Shown: positions 26,766 to 36,447, counted from the first letter of the stretch. The stretch: 47,548 nt of DNA from Parcubacteria group bacterium (GCA_016181845.1 JACOYO010000007.1:1-47548); one strand, 5' to 3'. Numbers and translations: made by a program. Notes: generated from the letters alone by a model not told the origin.

Positions 26766-28574
26766 ATGCAATCGGAAGAAATACGAAAGCGATTTTTGGA
26801 ATTTTTTAAAGCGCGGGGACACGCAATAATTCCCTCGGCTTCTTTGGTGCCCGAAAACGACCCATCGGTGCTTTTTACCACTGCCGGTATGCAGCCGCTT
26901 GTGCCGTATCTTTTGGGAGAGCCGCATCCGGCAGGAAAACGATTGGTGAATGTGCAGAAGTGTGTCCGCACGCAAGACATTGATGAAGTTGGCGACGCGA
27001 CGCACGACACTTTTTTTGAAATGCTCGGCAACTGGTCGCTTGGCGACAAAGCCGCGCCTGACGGCGTCGGCGAGGCGGGTTACTTCAAGGAAGAAACGAT
27101 TAAATGGAGTTACGAATTTTTAACTTCAAAAGAAGAGGGGCTCGGACTTGACCCGTCGCGGCTCTTCATTACGGTCTTCGGAGGAAATGATTCGGTGAAA
27201 GAAGCAGATGAAGAATCAAAAAAAATCTGGATGTCCTTGGGCATTCCCGAACATCGGATTTATATCATGGAAGGAGATTCAAACTGGTGGAGTCCGGGCG
27301 ACAACGGCCCCTGCGGACCGGATACCGAAATGTTTTACGATGTGACCGAAAAAGGGCTTGGCGATTTGACCAAAGAAGCGTTTAAGCAGGCCGACAAAGA
27401 GCAAAAAGCGGTTGAAATCTGGAATGATGTTTTTATGGAATATGAGAAGAAAGATGGGCGGATTATCGGCAAATTGAAGAATAAAAACGTTGATACAGGC
27501 GCTGGGCTTGAGCGGCTTGCTATGGTGATGCAGGGGAAAGACAATATTTTTGAGACGGATTTGTTTACGCCGCTTATGAACGCGATTGATATGCGGGCGG
27601 CATCTCAAGACCTCTGCGCGAAGCGCATCGTTGCCGACCACATACGAACGGCGGTTTTCATGATTGCCGATGGAGTGCTTCCATCAAACACCGACCGCGG
27701 ATACATTTTGCGGCGGCTCATTCGCCGCGCGGTGCGGTATGTTGACGTGCTTAAGATGAAAGAAGGAACACTCGCGGCGCTTTCCGATGTGGTGGTTCTA
27801 AAATACGAAAGCGTGTATAAAAATCTCTCTTCGGAGAAAGAGCATATTGGGCAGACTATTGCCGACGAATCGGCAAAGTTTCGCCAGACGCTTGAACGTG
27901 GGATGAAAGAGTTCGAAAAAATAAGCAGGCATGGTATTTCAGGAAAAGAAGCATTCGCGCTTTTTTCAACATACGGGTTTCCTTTGGAGTTGACTCTTGA
28001 GCTTGCTGTTGAACAACATATTACAGTTAATAAAAAAGAATTTGAAGAAGAACTAAAAAAACACCAAGTCCTCTCGCGTGCCGGCGCCGAACAAAAATTC
28101 AAAGGAGGGTTGTCCGGGCATGGAGAAATGGAAACCAAGTATCACACCGCGACACATCTCTTGCATCAGGCGCTGCGGCAAGTGTTGGGAGAGCACGTCA
28201 TTCAAAAGGGGAGCAACATCACGCCGGAGCGGCTGCGCTTTGACTTCTCACATTCAGAGAAATTGACTGATGAACAAAAGAAAAAAGCGGAGAATATCGT
28301 AAACGAACAAATCAAACGCGCCCTGCCGGTATCATACGAAGAATTGCCGATTGAAGAAGCGCGGGCTCGCGGCGCCATCGGCGCGTTTGGTGATAAGTAT
28401 GGCGAGCGAGTGAAGGTTTACACGATTGGGAACGACAAAACGGGCATCTTTAGCGCTGAGTTTTGCGGCGGCCCGCATGTTAAAAATACAGAAGAGCTCG
28501 GGCATTTCAAAATAACCAAAGAAGAAGCGGTGGCGCAGGGGATACGGCGCATCAAAGCGCTTTTAGAATCATAA
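26766..28574 (+). CDS. alaS: Alanine--tRNA ligase (short form with editing domain, no C-Ala domain)
   Basis: FTTAGMQP, TFFEMLGNWS, EIWNDVF, DTGAGLER, HTATHLLH and FCGGPHV motifs. Confidence 0.96.
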   Translation: MQSEEIRKRFLEFFKARGHAIIPSASLVPENDPSVLFTTAGMQPLVPYLLGEPHPAGKRLVNVQKCVRTQDIDEVGDATHDTFFEMLGNWSLGDKAAPDGVGEAGYFKEETIKWSYEFLTSKEEGLGLDPSRLFITVFGGNDSVKEADEESKKIWMSLGIPEHRIYIMEGDSNWWSPGDNGPCGPDTEMFYDVTEKGLGDLTKEAFKQADKEQKAVEIWNDVFMEYEKKDGRIIGKLKNKNVDTGAGLERLAMVMQGKDNIFETDLFTPLMNAIDMRAASQDLCAKRIVADHIRTAVFMIADGVLPSNTDRGYILRRLIRRAVRYVDVLKMKEGTLAALSDVVVLKYESVYKNLSSEKEHIGQTIADESAKFRQTLERGMKEFEKISRHGISGKEAFALFSTYGFPLELTLELAVEQHITVNKKEFEEELKKHQVLSRAGAEQKFKGGLSGHGEMETKYHTATHLLHQALRQVLGEHVIQKGSNITPERLRFDFSHSEKLTDEQKKKAENIVNEQIKRALPVSYEELPIEEARARGAIGAFGDKYGERVKVYTIGNDKTGIFSAEFCGGPHVKNTEELGHFKITKEEAVAQGIRRIKALLES

Positions 28575-28577
28575 CTT

Positions 28578-28726
28578 CTATAAATTACGAAACTCAATGA
28601 AATCATAGTTTTTGAGAGACATTGCGGACCCCGACAGTATCGTCGGGGGAGCATAGCAAAAATTCAAGAGAATTTTATGCGTGTCTGTCAAAAACTCATG
28701 ATAAAGAAGAGTTTCGTGATTCACAG
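28578..28726. mobile_element. MITE-like structured repeat, copy 3 (opposite orientation to copies 1 and 2)
   Basis: IR ctataaattacgaaactc/gagtttcgtgattcacag; reverse complement closely matches copy 1; flanked by TAACTT direct repeats (28572-77, 28727-32). Confidence 0.75.
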
Positions 28727-28819
28727 TAACTTCATAAAAAGACGTTTTTCGTTCTTGCAATCCACACAGCATAGCGGATATATTGGCGCATGCGTGCTAT
28801 ACTTCTTTATATATTATAT

Positions 28820-30043
28820 ATGCCGTTTTTTTCTTTTGCTAAACAGAAAAAAGATGCCACTATCGCTCTTTTTGATATCGGAAGCGCAAGTGTCGGCGGA
28901 GCCCTGGCAAGTATTCCGTTGACAAAAATAAAAGAAAAGAGACTCACCCCGACAATACGCTGGAGCAGGAGAAAAGAAATTCCTTTTCAGAGCGCCGTTG
29001 ATATTGGAAATTTCCCACAGCAGATATTCAACGCGCTGAAAGAAATTATACAAATGATGTCAATTGCGTCGCCGGAACATCCGTCAATGCTTTTATGCAC
29101 TTTTTCATCGCCTTGGTATACGGCGCAAACACGCATTGCGCGGAGTGTACTGCCAAAGCCATCAATAATATCACCTCAAATTATTGAGGCATTGGCCGAT
29201 GCAGAAACCGCGGCTTTTCGGACTGCGCGCATGCCACCCGACGCGCGCAAAGAAGCGTCTGACTATCTGACACCTTTGGAACAAAAAATTATGCGCATTC
29301 GTCTCAATGGGTACGCTACTGCAAAACCATACGCAAAACGCGCGCAGGATATTGATATTGCAATGTATGTGAGTATGAGTCCGCGCGTTTTCATAGATAC
29401 CGTGCGCGAGCTTCTTCTTGGGGCGTTTCATCGTGCGATTGACCATGAGCACTCGCTTGCGTTTATTTCATTTTCAGCGCTTCGTGATATATATCCGGAA
29501 CGCGACCATTTTCTTATGTGCGATATTGGCGGAGAAATCACCGAAGTGTCTCTGATACGGGACGGCTACTTGGTGGAGACTGTTTCTTTTCCAAAAGGGA
29601 GAATGACGCTCTTGCGCGATATGGTTTCCTCGCTCGGGCGTCCCCCGGAGGAAGTGATGTCAATGCTCTCACTTTCTTTGGGCGGCTTGCACAAAGAAGG
29701 GGCGTCTTCGCCGCTGACTAATCTAATTGCAGAAGGACGCAATGCGTGGCTCGCTTTATTCCGTGAAGCTCTAATGCAATTGGGCAGCCGCAACGCGCTT
29801 GCCGATGAAATTGAGATAACCGCGCACCCGATAATGCGGCGATTTATAGAACCAGTGTTTACCGACAATGCATTTGATTTTGGCGCCGGAGCCGGAGCGC
29901 GCAAACTGAAACCGCATTTTATTGATGCGTCATTTCTGCGCGCGCATGTCTCGTTTGCGCACGCTGAACAATTTGACCCCTTTCTTGCGCTTGAGGCGCT
30001 CTTTGCGGATAAACTATTGAATCTTGCATCAGAAACTATATAA
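28820..30043 (+). CDS. FtsA/actin-like ATPase-fold protein (divergent)
   Basis: FDIGSASVG and CDIGGEITEV phosphate-loop-like motifs. Confidence 0.65.
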   Translation: MPFFSFAKQKKDATIALFDIGSASVGGALASIPLTKIKEKRLTPTIRWSRRKEIPFQSAVDIGNFPQQIFNALKEIIQMMSIASPEHPSMLLCTFSSPWYTAQTRIARSVLPKPSIISPQIIEALADAETAAFRTARMPPDARKEASDYLTPLEQKIMRIRLNGYATAKPYAKRAQDIDIAMYVSMSPRVFIDTVRELLLGAFHRAIDHEHSLAFISFSALRDIYPERDHFLMCDIGGEITEVSLIRDGYLVETVSFPKGRMTLLRDMVSSLGRPPEEVMSMLSLSLGGLHKEGASSPLTNLIAEGRNAWLALFREALMQLGSRNALADEIEITAHPIMRRFIEPVFTDNAFDFGAGAGARKLKPHFIDASFLRAHVSFAHAEQFDPFLALEALFADKLLNLASETI

Positions 30044-30085
30044 TATAATTATTATTATTCCTCTAATTCTATTTAATAAACACCT

Positions 30086-31360
30086 ATGCCTAAAAATATT
30101 CTCCAAGATGTCATTGCGTCCAGAAGAAAAGGCGGTTTTATCGCGAATGCCGAAATGAGCAACGCGGCCGGAGGACCGTATGCTGAAGAAAGTTCAGTAA
30201 AAAAATATATCCTGTGGCTTATTGTTGCCGCACTGGTCGTATTTCTTCTCTTCTCTTTCGCGGTTATTTTTTCCGGCGCGACAATCACGGTAACTCCGCG
30301 GCATCAAGATGTTTCTCTTAACGCTACCTTTTCTGCGCACAAACGCGCGCTTGATAATCAAACTACATTACCTTTTGATATCATGAACATAGAAGAAATT
30401 GCCGAGAAAACAGTGCCCGCAACCGGCTCCGAAACTATTCACGAGAAAGCATACGGTGATATTATCATTTATAATAATTACAGTTCGCAAAGCCAAAAAT
30501 TGATAAAAAATACGCGTTTTGAAACTCCCGATGGTAAAATTTTCCGTATCCAAAAATCAATCACTGTCCCTGGAAAAACCGGCGCCGGTGCGAATGCCGC
30601 TCCTGGCTCTGTCGTGACTACGGTCTATGCTAATGAAGAGGGGCCCGCTTTTAATGTTGGTCTGGTTGATTTTACCATCCCCGGATTAAAGGGCTCGCCT
30701 ATGTATAGCGGTTTTTACGCGCGCTCCAAGACACCTATGGCGGGCGGATTTTCAGGCGTGCGAAAGATTGTATCTGAAACAGACCGTCAAGCGGCTGAAA
30801 CCGAACTCAAAAAAATAGCTCAAGATAAACTCATGCAACGCGTGAATCAAGAGAAGCCAGAAGGATTTATCCTGTATGAAGATGGTGTGTCTGTTGATTT
30901 CATAAACGAAAGCGATAAGGTGGTTGCCTCAAGTGTTGCGGCATCTAACAATACCGCTACGATGCGGGTGCGTGCAGTCTTGCATAGTATCATTTTCAAT
31001 AAACAGGATTTGAGCCGTCATATTGCCGAAAAAGCAATAGATAATTTTGATGGCAGTGCCGTAACTATCTCGAATCTTGATACTCTGCATTTTACTCTGC
31101 TCAATAAAGAAAACACTCCTTTCACCGATGTGGAGTCCATATCATTTATGCTCGCCGGTCCCACAAGTGTCGTATGGGTGGTTGATGAGAATGGCTTAAA
31201 AGACAAACTCGCCGGTACGCCAAAAAGCGAATTTCAGAAAATCATGGGCGGATTCTTGAATATTGAGCGCGCGGAAGTTTCCATTAAGCCATTTTGGAAA
31301 ACCAATTTCCCGGTCAATGGCGACACAATAAAAATAACGGTGATAAAGCCCGCTTCTTAA
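30086..31360 (+). CDS. Membrane-anchored protein with baseplate J/gp47-like domain
   Basis: TM helix; KAYGDIIIYN...TRFET.DGKIFRI...VPG...VYA...G.AFN...GG motif string. Confidence 0.6.
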   Translation: MPKNILQDVIASRRKGGFIANAEMSNAAGGPYAEESSVKKYILWLIVAALVVFLLFSFAVIFSGATITVTPRHQDVSLNATFSAHKRALDNQTTLPFDIMNIEEIAEKTVPATGSETIHEKAYGDIIIYNNYSSQSQKLIKNTRFETPDGKIFRIQKSITVPGKTGAGANAAPGSVVTTVYANEEGPAFNVGLVDFTIPGLKGSPMYSGFYARSKTPMAGGFSGVRKIVSETDRQAAETELKKIAQDKLMQRVNQEKPEGFILYEDGVSVDFINESDKVVASSVAASNNTATMRVRAVLHSIIFNKQDLSRHIAEKAIDNFDGSAVTISNLDTLHFTLLNKENTPFTDVESISFMLAGPTSVVWVVDENGLKDKLAGTPKSEFQKIMGGFLNIERAEVSIKPFWKTNFPVNGDTIKITVIKPAS

Positions 31361-31514
31361 AAATGCCGTGTGTTTTTAACACGACATTCGCGGACATCAT
31401 GAGGCGCCGTGCCGATTTCAGGCAGTGTGTTGACGTCAAAGGCGTCTTTTGCTATAGTCTTTGGAGCGGCGTTGTCCGCAGTCTTTTGTTTTTGCACATA
31501 GTTTTTATACAAAC

Positions 31515-31727
31515 TTGAGTACACAAAAAAACAACGAAGAAAAGGGCACAGTCATTGAAGCATTGCCAAACGCATTGTTTAAGGTGGTGCTTGCAAATAA
31601 ACAAGAAATGCTGGCATATTTGTCGGGCAAAATGCGTATGCATAGAATCAAGGTTATGATTGGAGACACGGTAACGGTGCTTGTTGACCAATATGGCGGA
31701 AAGGGGAGGATTACCAGACGAGAGTAA
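31515..31727 (+). CDS. infA: Translation initiation factor IF-1
   Basis: GTVIEALPNALFKV...LSGKMRMHRIKVMIGD.V; probable TTG start. Confidence 0.93.
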   Translation: MSTQKNNEEKGTVIEALPNALFKVVLANKQEMLAYLSGKMRMHRIKVMIGDTVTVLVDQYGGKGRITRRE

Positions 31728-31969
31728 TCAACAGGGCTTTAATATAGGTCCCTGCTACAGAGACCACGCGGTATTGGCCTATATTAGCTCCTTACAGGAG
31801 CAGTACACCTTTTGGACTTTTTACTTCGCACGGCTTGTAAAAATTCTCAAAAGGTTTTGAAAAGCTCCAAGTATTCGCTTTTCAACCTCGGCTCGGAAAA
31901 GAAAAAGTGCGCTTTTTCTTTTCACTCGCCCTACGTCGTTAATAAAGAACGTTAAAGATTTTTTTATAT

Positions 31970-32083
31970 ATGAAAGTCAGAGCATCGGTAAAAAAAATAT
32001 GCGCGCAATGCAAGATTATCCGGCGCCGAGGAAGCGTGCGGATTATTTGTACCAACCCGAAGCATAAGCAAAAACAGGGATAA
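31970..32083 (+). CDS. rpmJ: 50S ribosomal protein L36
   Basis: Hand translation gives [37 protein letters not shown]. Confidence 0.97.
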   Translation: MKVRASVKKICAQCKIIRRRGSVRIICTNPKHKQKQG

Positions 32084-32166
32084 AACAGCTTGTTAGGGGA
32101 TTAGCTTTTAGCTTATTAGGAAAATTCCTAAAAATTTAAAAATCTAACAACCTAAAAAACTAACGT

Positions 32167-32547
32167 ATGAGAATACTTGGCATCACCATTCCAGAAAATA
32201 AAAGGTTAGAAATAGGATTAACCGCTTTGTACGGCATCGGTCGTTCTCGCGCGCAAAAAATTCTCAATTCGGTTCGCGTTGAATACGGAGCAAGACCGAA
32301 AGACGTGTCTACCGATATTGAAAATCAAATCCGCAAAGAGATAGAAGCGCTCAAGCTTGAAGGAGACCTCAAACGTGAAATAGCGGGGAATATCAAGCGC
32401 TTAAAAGATATTAAAAGTTATCGCGGAACGCGGCACTTAAAACGCTTGCCGGCGCACGGACAGCGAACCAAGACAAACTCGCGCACGGTACGAGGAAATG
32501 TCCGAAAGACAATGGGTTCGGGGCGCAAGAAGGCAGAAAAGACATAA
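32167..32547 (+). CDS. rpsM: 30S ribosomal protein S13
   Basis: LTALYGIG, EGDLKRE, YRG.RH and GQRTKTNSRT motifs. Confidence 0.98.
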   Translation: MRILGITIPENKRLEIGLTALYGIGRSRAQKILNSVRVEYGARPKDVSTDIENQIRKEIEALKLEGDLKREIAGNIKRLKDIKSYRGTRHLKRLPAHGQRTKTNSRTVRGNVRKTMGSGRKKAEKT

Positions 32548-32637
32548 TTAGCTTGTTAGGTTTTAGCTTCCTATCTTATTAGGAAAGTCAATTATCTAAA
32601 AAGCTAGGAAGCTAAGTAGATGATAAGCTGAAAAATT

Positions 32638-33072
32638 ATGGGTAAAAAACGTATTGTAAAAAAAGGAGGAGAGGGGTTGAACAGCGAACTAAAAAATCGT
32701 TCGCTTTCACGCGTGCCAAAAAAGAAAATAATCAGCGGCGTGTTGCACGTGCAAGCAACCTATAACAACACAAAACTCCTGCTTGCCGATGAAAATGGAA
32801 ACACTCTTGCGTGGTCCACAAGCGGCGCGCTGGGATTTAAGGGAGCCAAAAAGGGGACACCGTTTGCCGCGGCGAAAATCGGCGAGCTTATTGGTGAAAA
32901 AGCGGCGCTCATGGGAATGAAAGAAGTGAACGTGATTGTCAAAGGCGTAGGTTCTGGGAGAGAATCGGCGGTGCGCGCTTTTGCCACCAAAGGAATCGGT
33001 ATTGTGTCGTTGAAAGATACGACACCGGTGCCTTTTAATGGTCCAAAACCCAAGAAACCTCGCCGCGTATAA
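32638..33072 (+). CDS. rpsK: 30S ribosomal protein S11
   Basis: TYNNT, GFKGAKKGTPFAA and DTTPVPFNG motifs. Confidence 0.98.
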   Translation: MGKKRIVKKGGEGLNSELKNRSLSRVPKKKIISGVLHVQATYNNTKLLLADENGNTLAWSTSGALGFKGAKKGTPFAAAKIGELIGEKAALMGMKEVNVIVKGVGSGRESAVRAFATKGIGIVSLKDTTPVPFNGPKPKKPRRV

Positions 33073-33113
33073 ACGCATGGCAGAGATATTGGTAAACATA
33101 AAATAGTATTATT

Positions 33114-33758
33114 ATGGCACAACAAACATCACAAGCAGTATGCAGAAAATGCCGGCGAGCCGGAGAAAAACTTTTCCTGAAAGGCGAGAAGTGTTTTACG
33201 CACAAGTGTATTTTTGAAAGGCGCCCACATCCTCCCGGCGCTTTGGAATCTCAGCGGAAACATCGCTCAACTGTTTCTGAATACGGTTCACAACTGCGCG
33301 AAAAACAAAAAATAAAAAATTCTTACGGATTGCGCGAACAGCAATTTGTGAATTATGTGAGAAGCGCGTCAGGCAAGCGCGGAGCGGACCCCGCAAAAGA
33401 ATTATTTTCTTCTCTTGAGTCGCGCCTTGACCGCGTGGTATACCGATTGGGGCTTGCTTCATCGCAAGCCATGGCGCGTCAGATGGTTGGACACGGACAT
33501 GTTATGGTCAACGGGCGGCGGACGACCATTCCTTCCCGTCGGTTGCATAGCGGAGACATTGTCAGCGTTCGTGAAGGGAGCAGACAAAAAGGATTTTTTG
33601 GAGATGAGTCAAAAAATCGAATTGAAAAGCAAATGTTGCCGTCATGGCTTGTTTTTGACCCAAAAAAATTTGAAGGAACGGTGCGGGCGAATCCGTTGCT
33701 TGATGCGCGCGTGATGCCGTATGATTTGAAGGCAGTTATTGAATTTTATAGTCGATAA
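33114..33758 (+). CDS. rpsD: 30S ribosomal protein S4
   Basis: CRKCRR.GEKLFLKG.KC, QLREKQK, LESRLD and IEFYSR motifs. Confidence 0.98.
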   Translation: MAQQTSQAVCRKCRRAGEKLFLKGEKCFTHKCIFERRPHPPGALESQRKHRSTVSEYGSQLREKQKIKNSYGLREQQFVNYVRSASGKRGADPAKELFSSLESRLDRVVYRLGLASSQAMARQMVGHGHVMVNGRRTTIPSRRLHSGDIVSVREGSRQKGFFGDESKNRIEKQMLPSWLVFDPKKFEGTVRANPLLDARVMPYDLKAVIEFYSR

Positions 33759-33812
33759 ACCATACAATTATAAAAATATAACCACACTTTCAATACCACT
33801 AATACCACTATT

Positions 33813-34811
33813 ATGTCAGAGCACAACATTATTTTACCATCAAAACCGAAGATTATTTCCGAAGAAGCGTTTGCTGGAGTATACGAAATAGACGGCCTCT
33901 ATCCCGGATACGGGCACACGCTCGGGAATTCTCTTAGACGGATTATTCTTTCATCTTTGCCTGGAGCCGCGATTACCTCGGTCAAAATTGATGGTGTGAG
34001 CCACGAGTTTTCAACACTGGAAGGAATGAAAGAAGATGTTATCCTACTCCTGCTTCATTTGAAAAAAGTCCGCTTCAAAATGCATTCCCTTGAGCCGCAA
34101 ACAGCGACTATTTCCGCAAAAGGAGCACAGACAATCACTGCCGGAGATATTAAAACTCCGGGTCAGCTTGAGGTGTTGAACCCAGATTTACTTATCGCGA
34201 CGTTAACCGATAAAAAATCAGAGTTACATGTTGAACTTCGGATTGAAAAAGGATTGGGATACGTGCCGAAAGAAATTCTGCAAGAGGGCAAGGTGGATGT
34301 GGGCATGATTGCCGTTGATGCTTCATTTACGCCTATTCGCCGCGTCAGTTATGAAGTGGAAAATATGCGCGTCGGCGACAGGACAGACTACAACCGTCTG
34401 CGCATTTCCATTGAAACGGATGGTACGCTTACTCCGCACGAAGCGTTGGAAAAATCAATCGGTATCATGATAAACCAGCTCAAAGCCATTGTCGGATTTC
34501 AGGAGGATGAACCGCCAATTGCGGTATCTGAAGAACAAACGGCAGATGCCGCGCAAAAAGCCGATACCAATGAGCAAAAGGAGACAAAAAAGCCGGCAAA
34601 AATGGCAGATACCGAATTTTTGAAAACACGCATTGAAAAATTGCCGTTCGGAACACGCACGATGCATGCTCTTGATACGGCAAATATCAGAACGGTAGGC
34701 GGCTTGGTGCGCAAAAAAGAAGCCGACTTGAAAACAATAGACGGACTTGGCGCCAAAGGCATTGAAGAAATTAAAGAAGTGCTCGGCGCTTACGGTATAA
34801 CGCTCAAATAA
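33813..34811 (+). CDS. rpoA: RNA polymerase subunit alpha
   Basis: GYGHTLGNSLRRIILSSLPG, HEFST and VENMRVG.RTDY motifs. Confidence 0.98.
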   Translation: MSEHNIILPSKPKIISEEAFAGVYEIDGLYPGYGHTLGNSLRRIILSSLPGAAITSVKIDGVSHEFSTLEGMKEDVILLLLHLKKVRFKMHSLEPQTATISAKGAQTITAGDIKTPGQLEVLNPDLLIATLTDKKSELHVELRIEKGLGYVPKEILQEGKVDVGMIAVDASFTPIRRVSYEVENMRVGDRTDYNRLRISIETDGTLTPHEALEKSIGIMINQLKAIVGFQEDEPPIAVSEEQTADAAQKADTNEQKETKKPAKMADTEFLKTRIEKLPFGTRTMHALDTANIRTVGGLVRKKEADLKTIDGLGAKGIEEIKEVLGAYGITLK

Positions 34812-34827
34812 ACGAGCCTGAAAAATC

Positions 34828-35187
34828 ATGAGACACCACAAAACGATACGAAAATTTGGACGAGTAAAAAAGGTGCGGGAAGCATTGCTCCGTTCTCTTG
34901 CGCGCGCGCTTGTTACGAATGGGAAAATCACTACCACTGAAGCAAAAGCGAAAGAATTGCGTCCATTTATAGAAAAACTTGTAACCAAAGCAAAACACGA
35001 AACCGTCGCTTCGCGGCGGATTGTCGCCGCGCGGCTCGGCGGAGTGGGGGAGATAAATTCCGCAAAAATGCTTTTTGATACCATTGCTCCAAAATATAAA
35101 AATCGCGCCGGAGGTTATACGCGCATTATCAAAATGGCGCCGCGCAAGAGCGATGCAAGCAAGATGGCGGTTATTGAATTTGTATAA
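34828..35187 (+). CDS. rplQ: 50S ribosomal protein L17
   Basis: MRHHK, ITTTEAKAKELR and GGYTRIIK motifs. Confidence 0.98.
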   Translation: MRHHKTIRKFGRVKKVREALLRSLARALVTNGKITTTEAKAKELRPFIEKLVTKAKHETVASRRIVAARLGGVGEINSAKMLFDTIAPKYKNRAGGYTRIIKMAPRKSDASKMAVIEFV

Positions 35188-35194
35188 TTTTTAT

Positions 35195-35545
35195 ATGGAA
35201 ACATCTCACACATTAGACGCAACAGAAAAATCAATCGGACGCGTGGCAAGTACTGCCGCGGCGATTTTAATTGGCAAACACACCGCAGCATTCAAAAAAA
35301 ATGCTGTGTCAAAAGAACGGGTACATATTATCAATGCTTCAAAAGCGCGGTTTGCGCAGAAGAAATTAAAAGAAAAGGTGTATATTCACTACACTGGCAA
35401 TCCTGGCGGTTTGAAAATGCGTCACGCCGAGAAAATCGTTGAACAAAAAGGATATTCCGAATTATTTAAAAAGGCGGTCTACGGGATGCTTCCTTCAAAT
35501 AAATTGCGCGCTGAACGCATGAAACTTTTACGCGTAAGCGAGTAA
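35195..35545 (+). CDS. rplM: 50S ribosomal protein L13 (short form)
   Basis: DA...GRVAS..A.IL.GK, YTGNPGGLK and AVYGMLP motifs. Start reassigned to ATG 35195. Confidence 0.93.
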   Translation: METSHTLDATEKSIGRVASTAAAILIGKHTAAFKKNAVSKERVHIINASKARFAQKKLKEKVYIHYTGNPGGLKMRHAEKIVEQKGYSELFKKAVYGMLPSNKLRAERMKLLRVSE

Positions 35546-35559
35546 TCATACTGACATTT

Positions 35560-35970
35560 ATGACAACAAAAGCAAAAAAAGAAACAATCGCATACATAGA
35601 AACAGTCGGCAGACGAAAAATGGCAACAGCGCGGGTGCGCCTTACGGTTGCCGTCAAACAATCCATAATGGTAAATGGCGTATCTATAGATGCGTATTTC
35701 AAAACAAAAGATTTGCAAAACACGATAGAGGATGCTTTGAGCAAAGCAAAAGAATTGTTTTCTGTTGCCGCGCGCGTGACCGGCGGAGGGATGACCGGAC
35801 AAGCAGAAGCGGTACGGCACGGGATTGCGCGCGCGCTAGTTGTGCATAGTGAAGAATTGCGTAAGAAACTCAAACGGGCGGGTTATCTCAAACGCGACCC
35901 GCGTGTAAAAGAACGCCGCAAGTTCGGACTTAAAAAAGCGCGCAAGAGTCCGCAGTGGAGCAAGCGATAG
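35560..35970 (+). CDS. rpsI: 30S ribosomal protein S9
   Basis: GRRK.ATARV, GGG..GQA.A.RHGIARAL, RDPR.KERRK.GLKKARK.PQWSKR motifs. Confidence 0.98.
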   Translation: MTTKAKKETIAYIETVGRRKMATARVRLTVAVKQSIMVNGVSIDAYFKTKDLQNTIEDALSKAKELFSVAARVTGGGMTGQAEAVRHGIARALVVHSEELRKKLKRAGYLKRDPRVKERRKFGLKKARKSPQWSKR

Positions 35971-36091
35971 ATTGCGACACGGCGAGGAAGGGGGTCGGGG
36001 GAACACCCCGTTCCCCCGTGGAGGAAGGCAGGGCGAAGCCCGTTGGAAAACCGAGGGTTTCCCAAGCCCGCAATGGAGCAAGCGGTAGATT
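35947..36091 (+). repeat. GC-rich structured insert flanked by a duplicated rpsI 3' end
   Basis: agtccgcagtggagcaagcgatagatt (35947-73) vs agcccgcaatggagcaagcggtagatt (36065-91); inner hairpins gggggaac..gttccccc, gggcgaagccc and ggaaa..tttcc. Confidence 0.8.
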
Positions 36092-36114
36092 TCTAATAAA
36101 TATCCAAGGATATA

Positions 36115-36148
36115 AAAAACCCACAAGCCGCGCGGCTTGTGGGTTTTT
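36115..36148 (+). terminator. Terminator of the ribosomal protein operon
   Basis: aaaaacccacaagccg-cg-cggcttgtgggttttt. Confidence 0.75.
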
Positions 36149-36195
36149 GCTACTCACTCTAAACATTCTGTGAAGGACGGTCCTTCACAGAATGT

Positions 36196-36447
36196 TTATT
36201 CTTTCAGTTCAGAGAAGGCGACGGGGCGATACGAACCGCCCTCTTCTTCCGGTTTGCCGTGACTTTGCCGACTGGTTTCTATCCGCCGAAACGATTCGGC
36301 GGTATCCGCGCACTTTTTACACGCTCCAGCGACTTGCGGGTCTTTTGCCAGCATACGCGGCGTGGCCTTTCTGCATGAAGGACAAAATTGGTCCAAAATG
36401 TTTACTTCTGGTTTTTCTTTTGCCACGGGAGCCACTTTTCGTTTCAT
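36196..36447 (-). CDS. Small hypothetical protein with CxxC...CxxC motif
   Basis: CPSC...CKKC; upstream AGGAG and TG-n-TAAAAT; downstream hairpin attctgtgaagga/tccttcacagaat. Confidence 0.6.
   Translation of the reverse strand: MKRKVAPVAKEKPEVNILDQFCPSCRKATPRMLAKDPQVAGACKKCADTAESFRRIETSRQSHGKPEEEGGSYRPVAFSELKE

Noticed and set aside
26766-28574. Short AlaRS (and short PheS, L13) as pseudogenes
   Set aside because: Catalytic motifs are intact and frames uninterrupted; consistent with streamlined forms in reduced genomes.
30086-31360. Prophage or contractile injection system
   Set aside because: Only one baseplate-like gene, which has a TM anchor; no tail, capsid or integrase genes.
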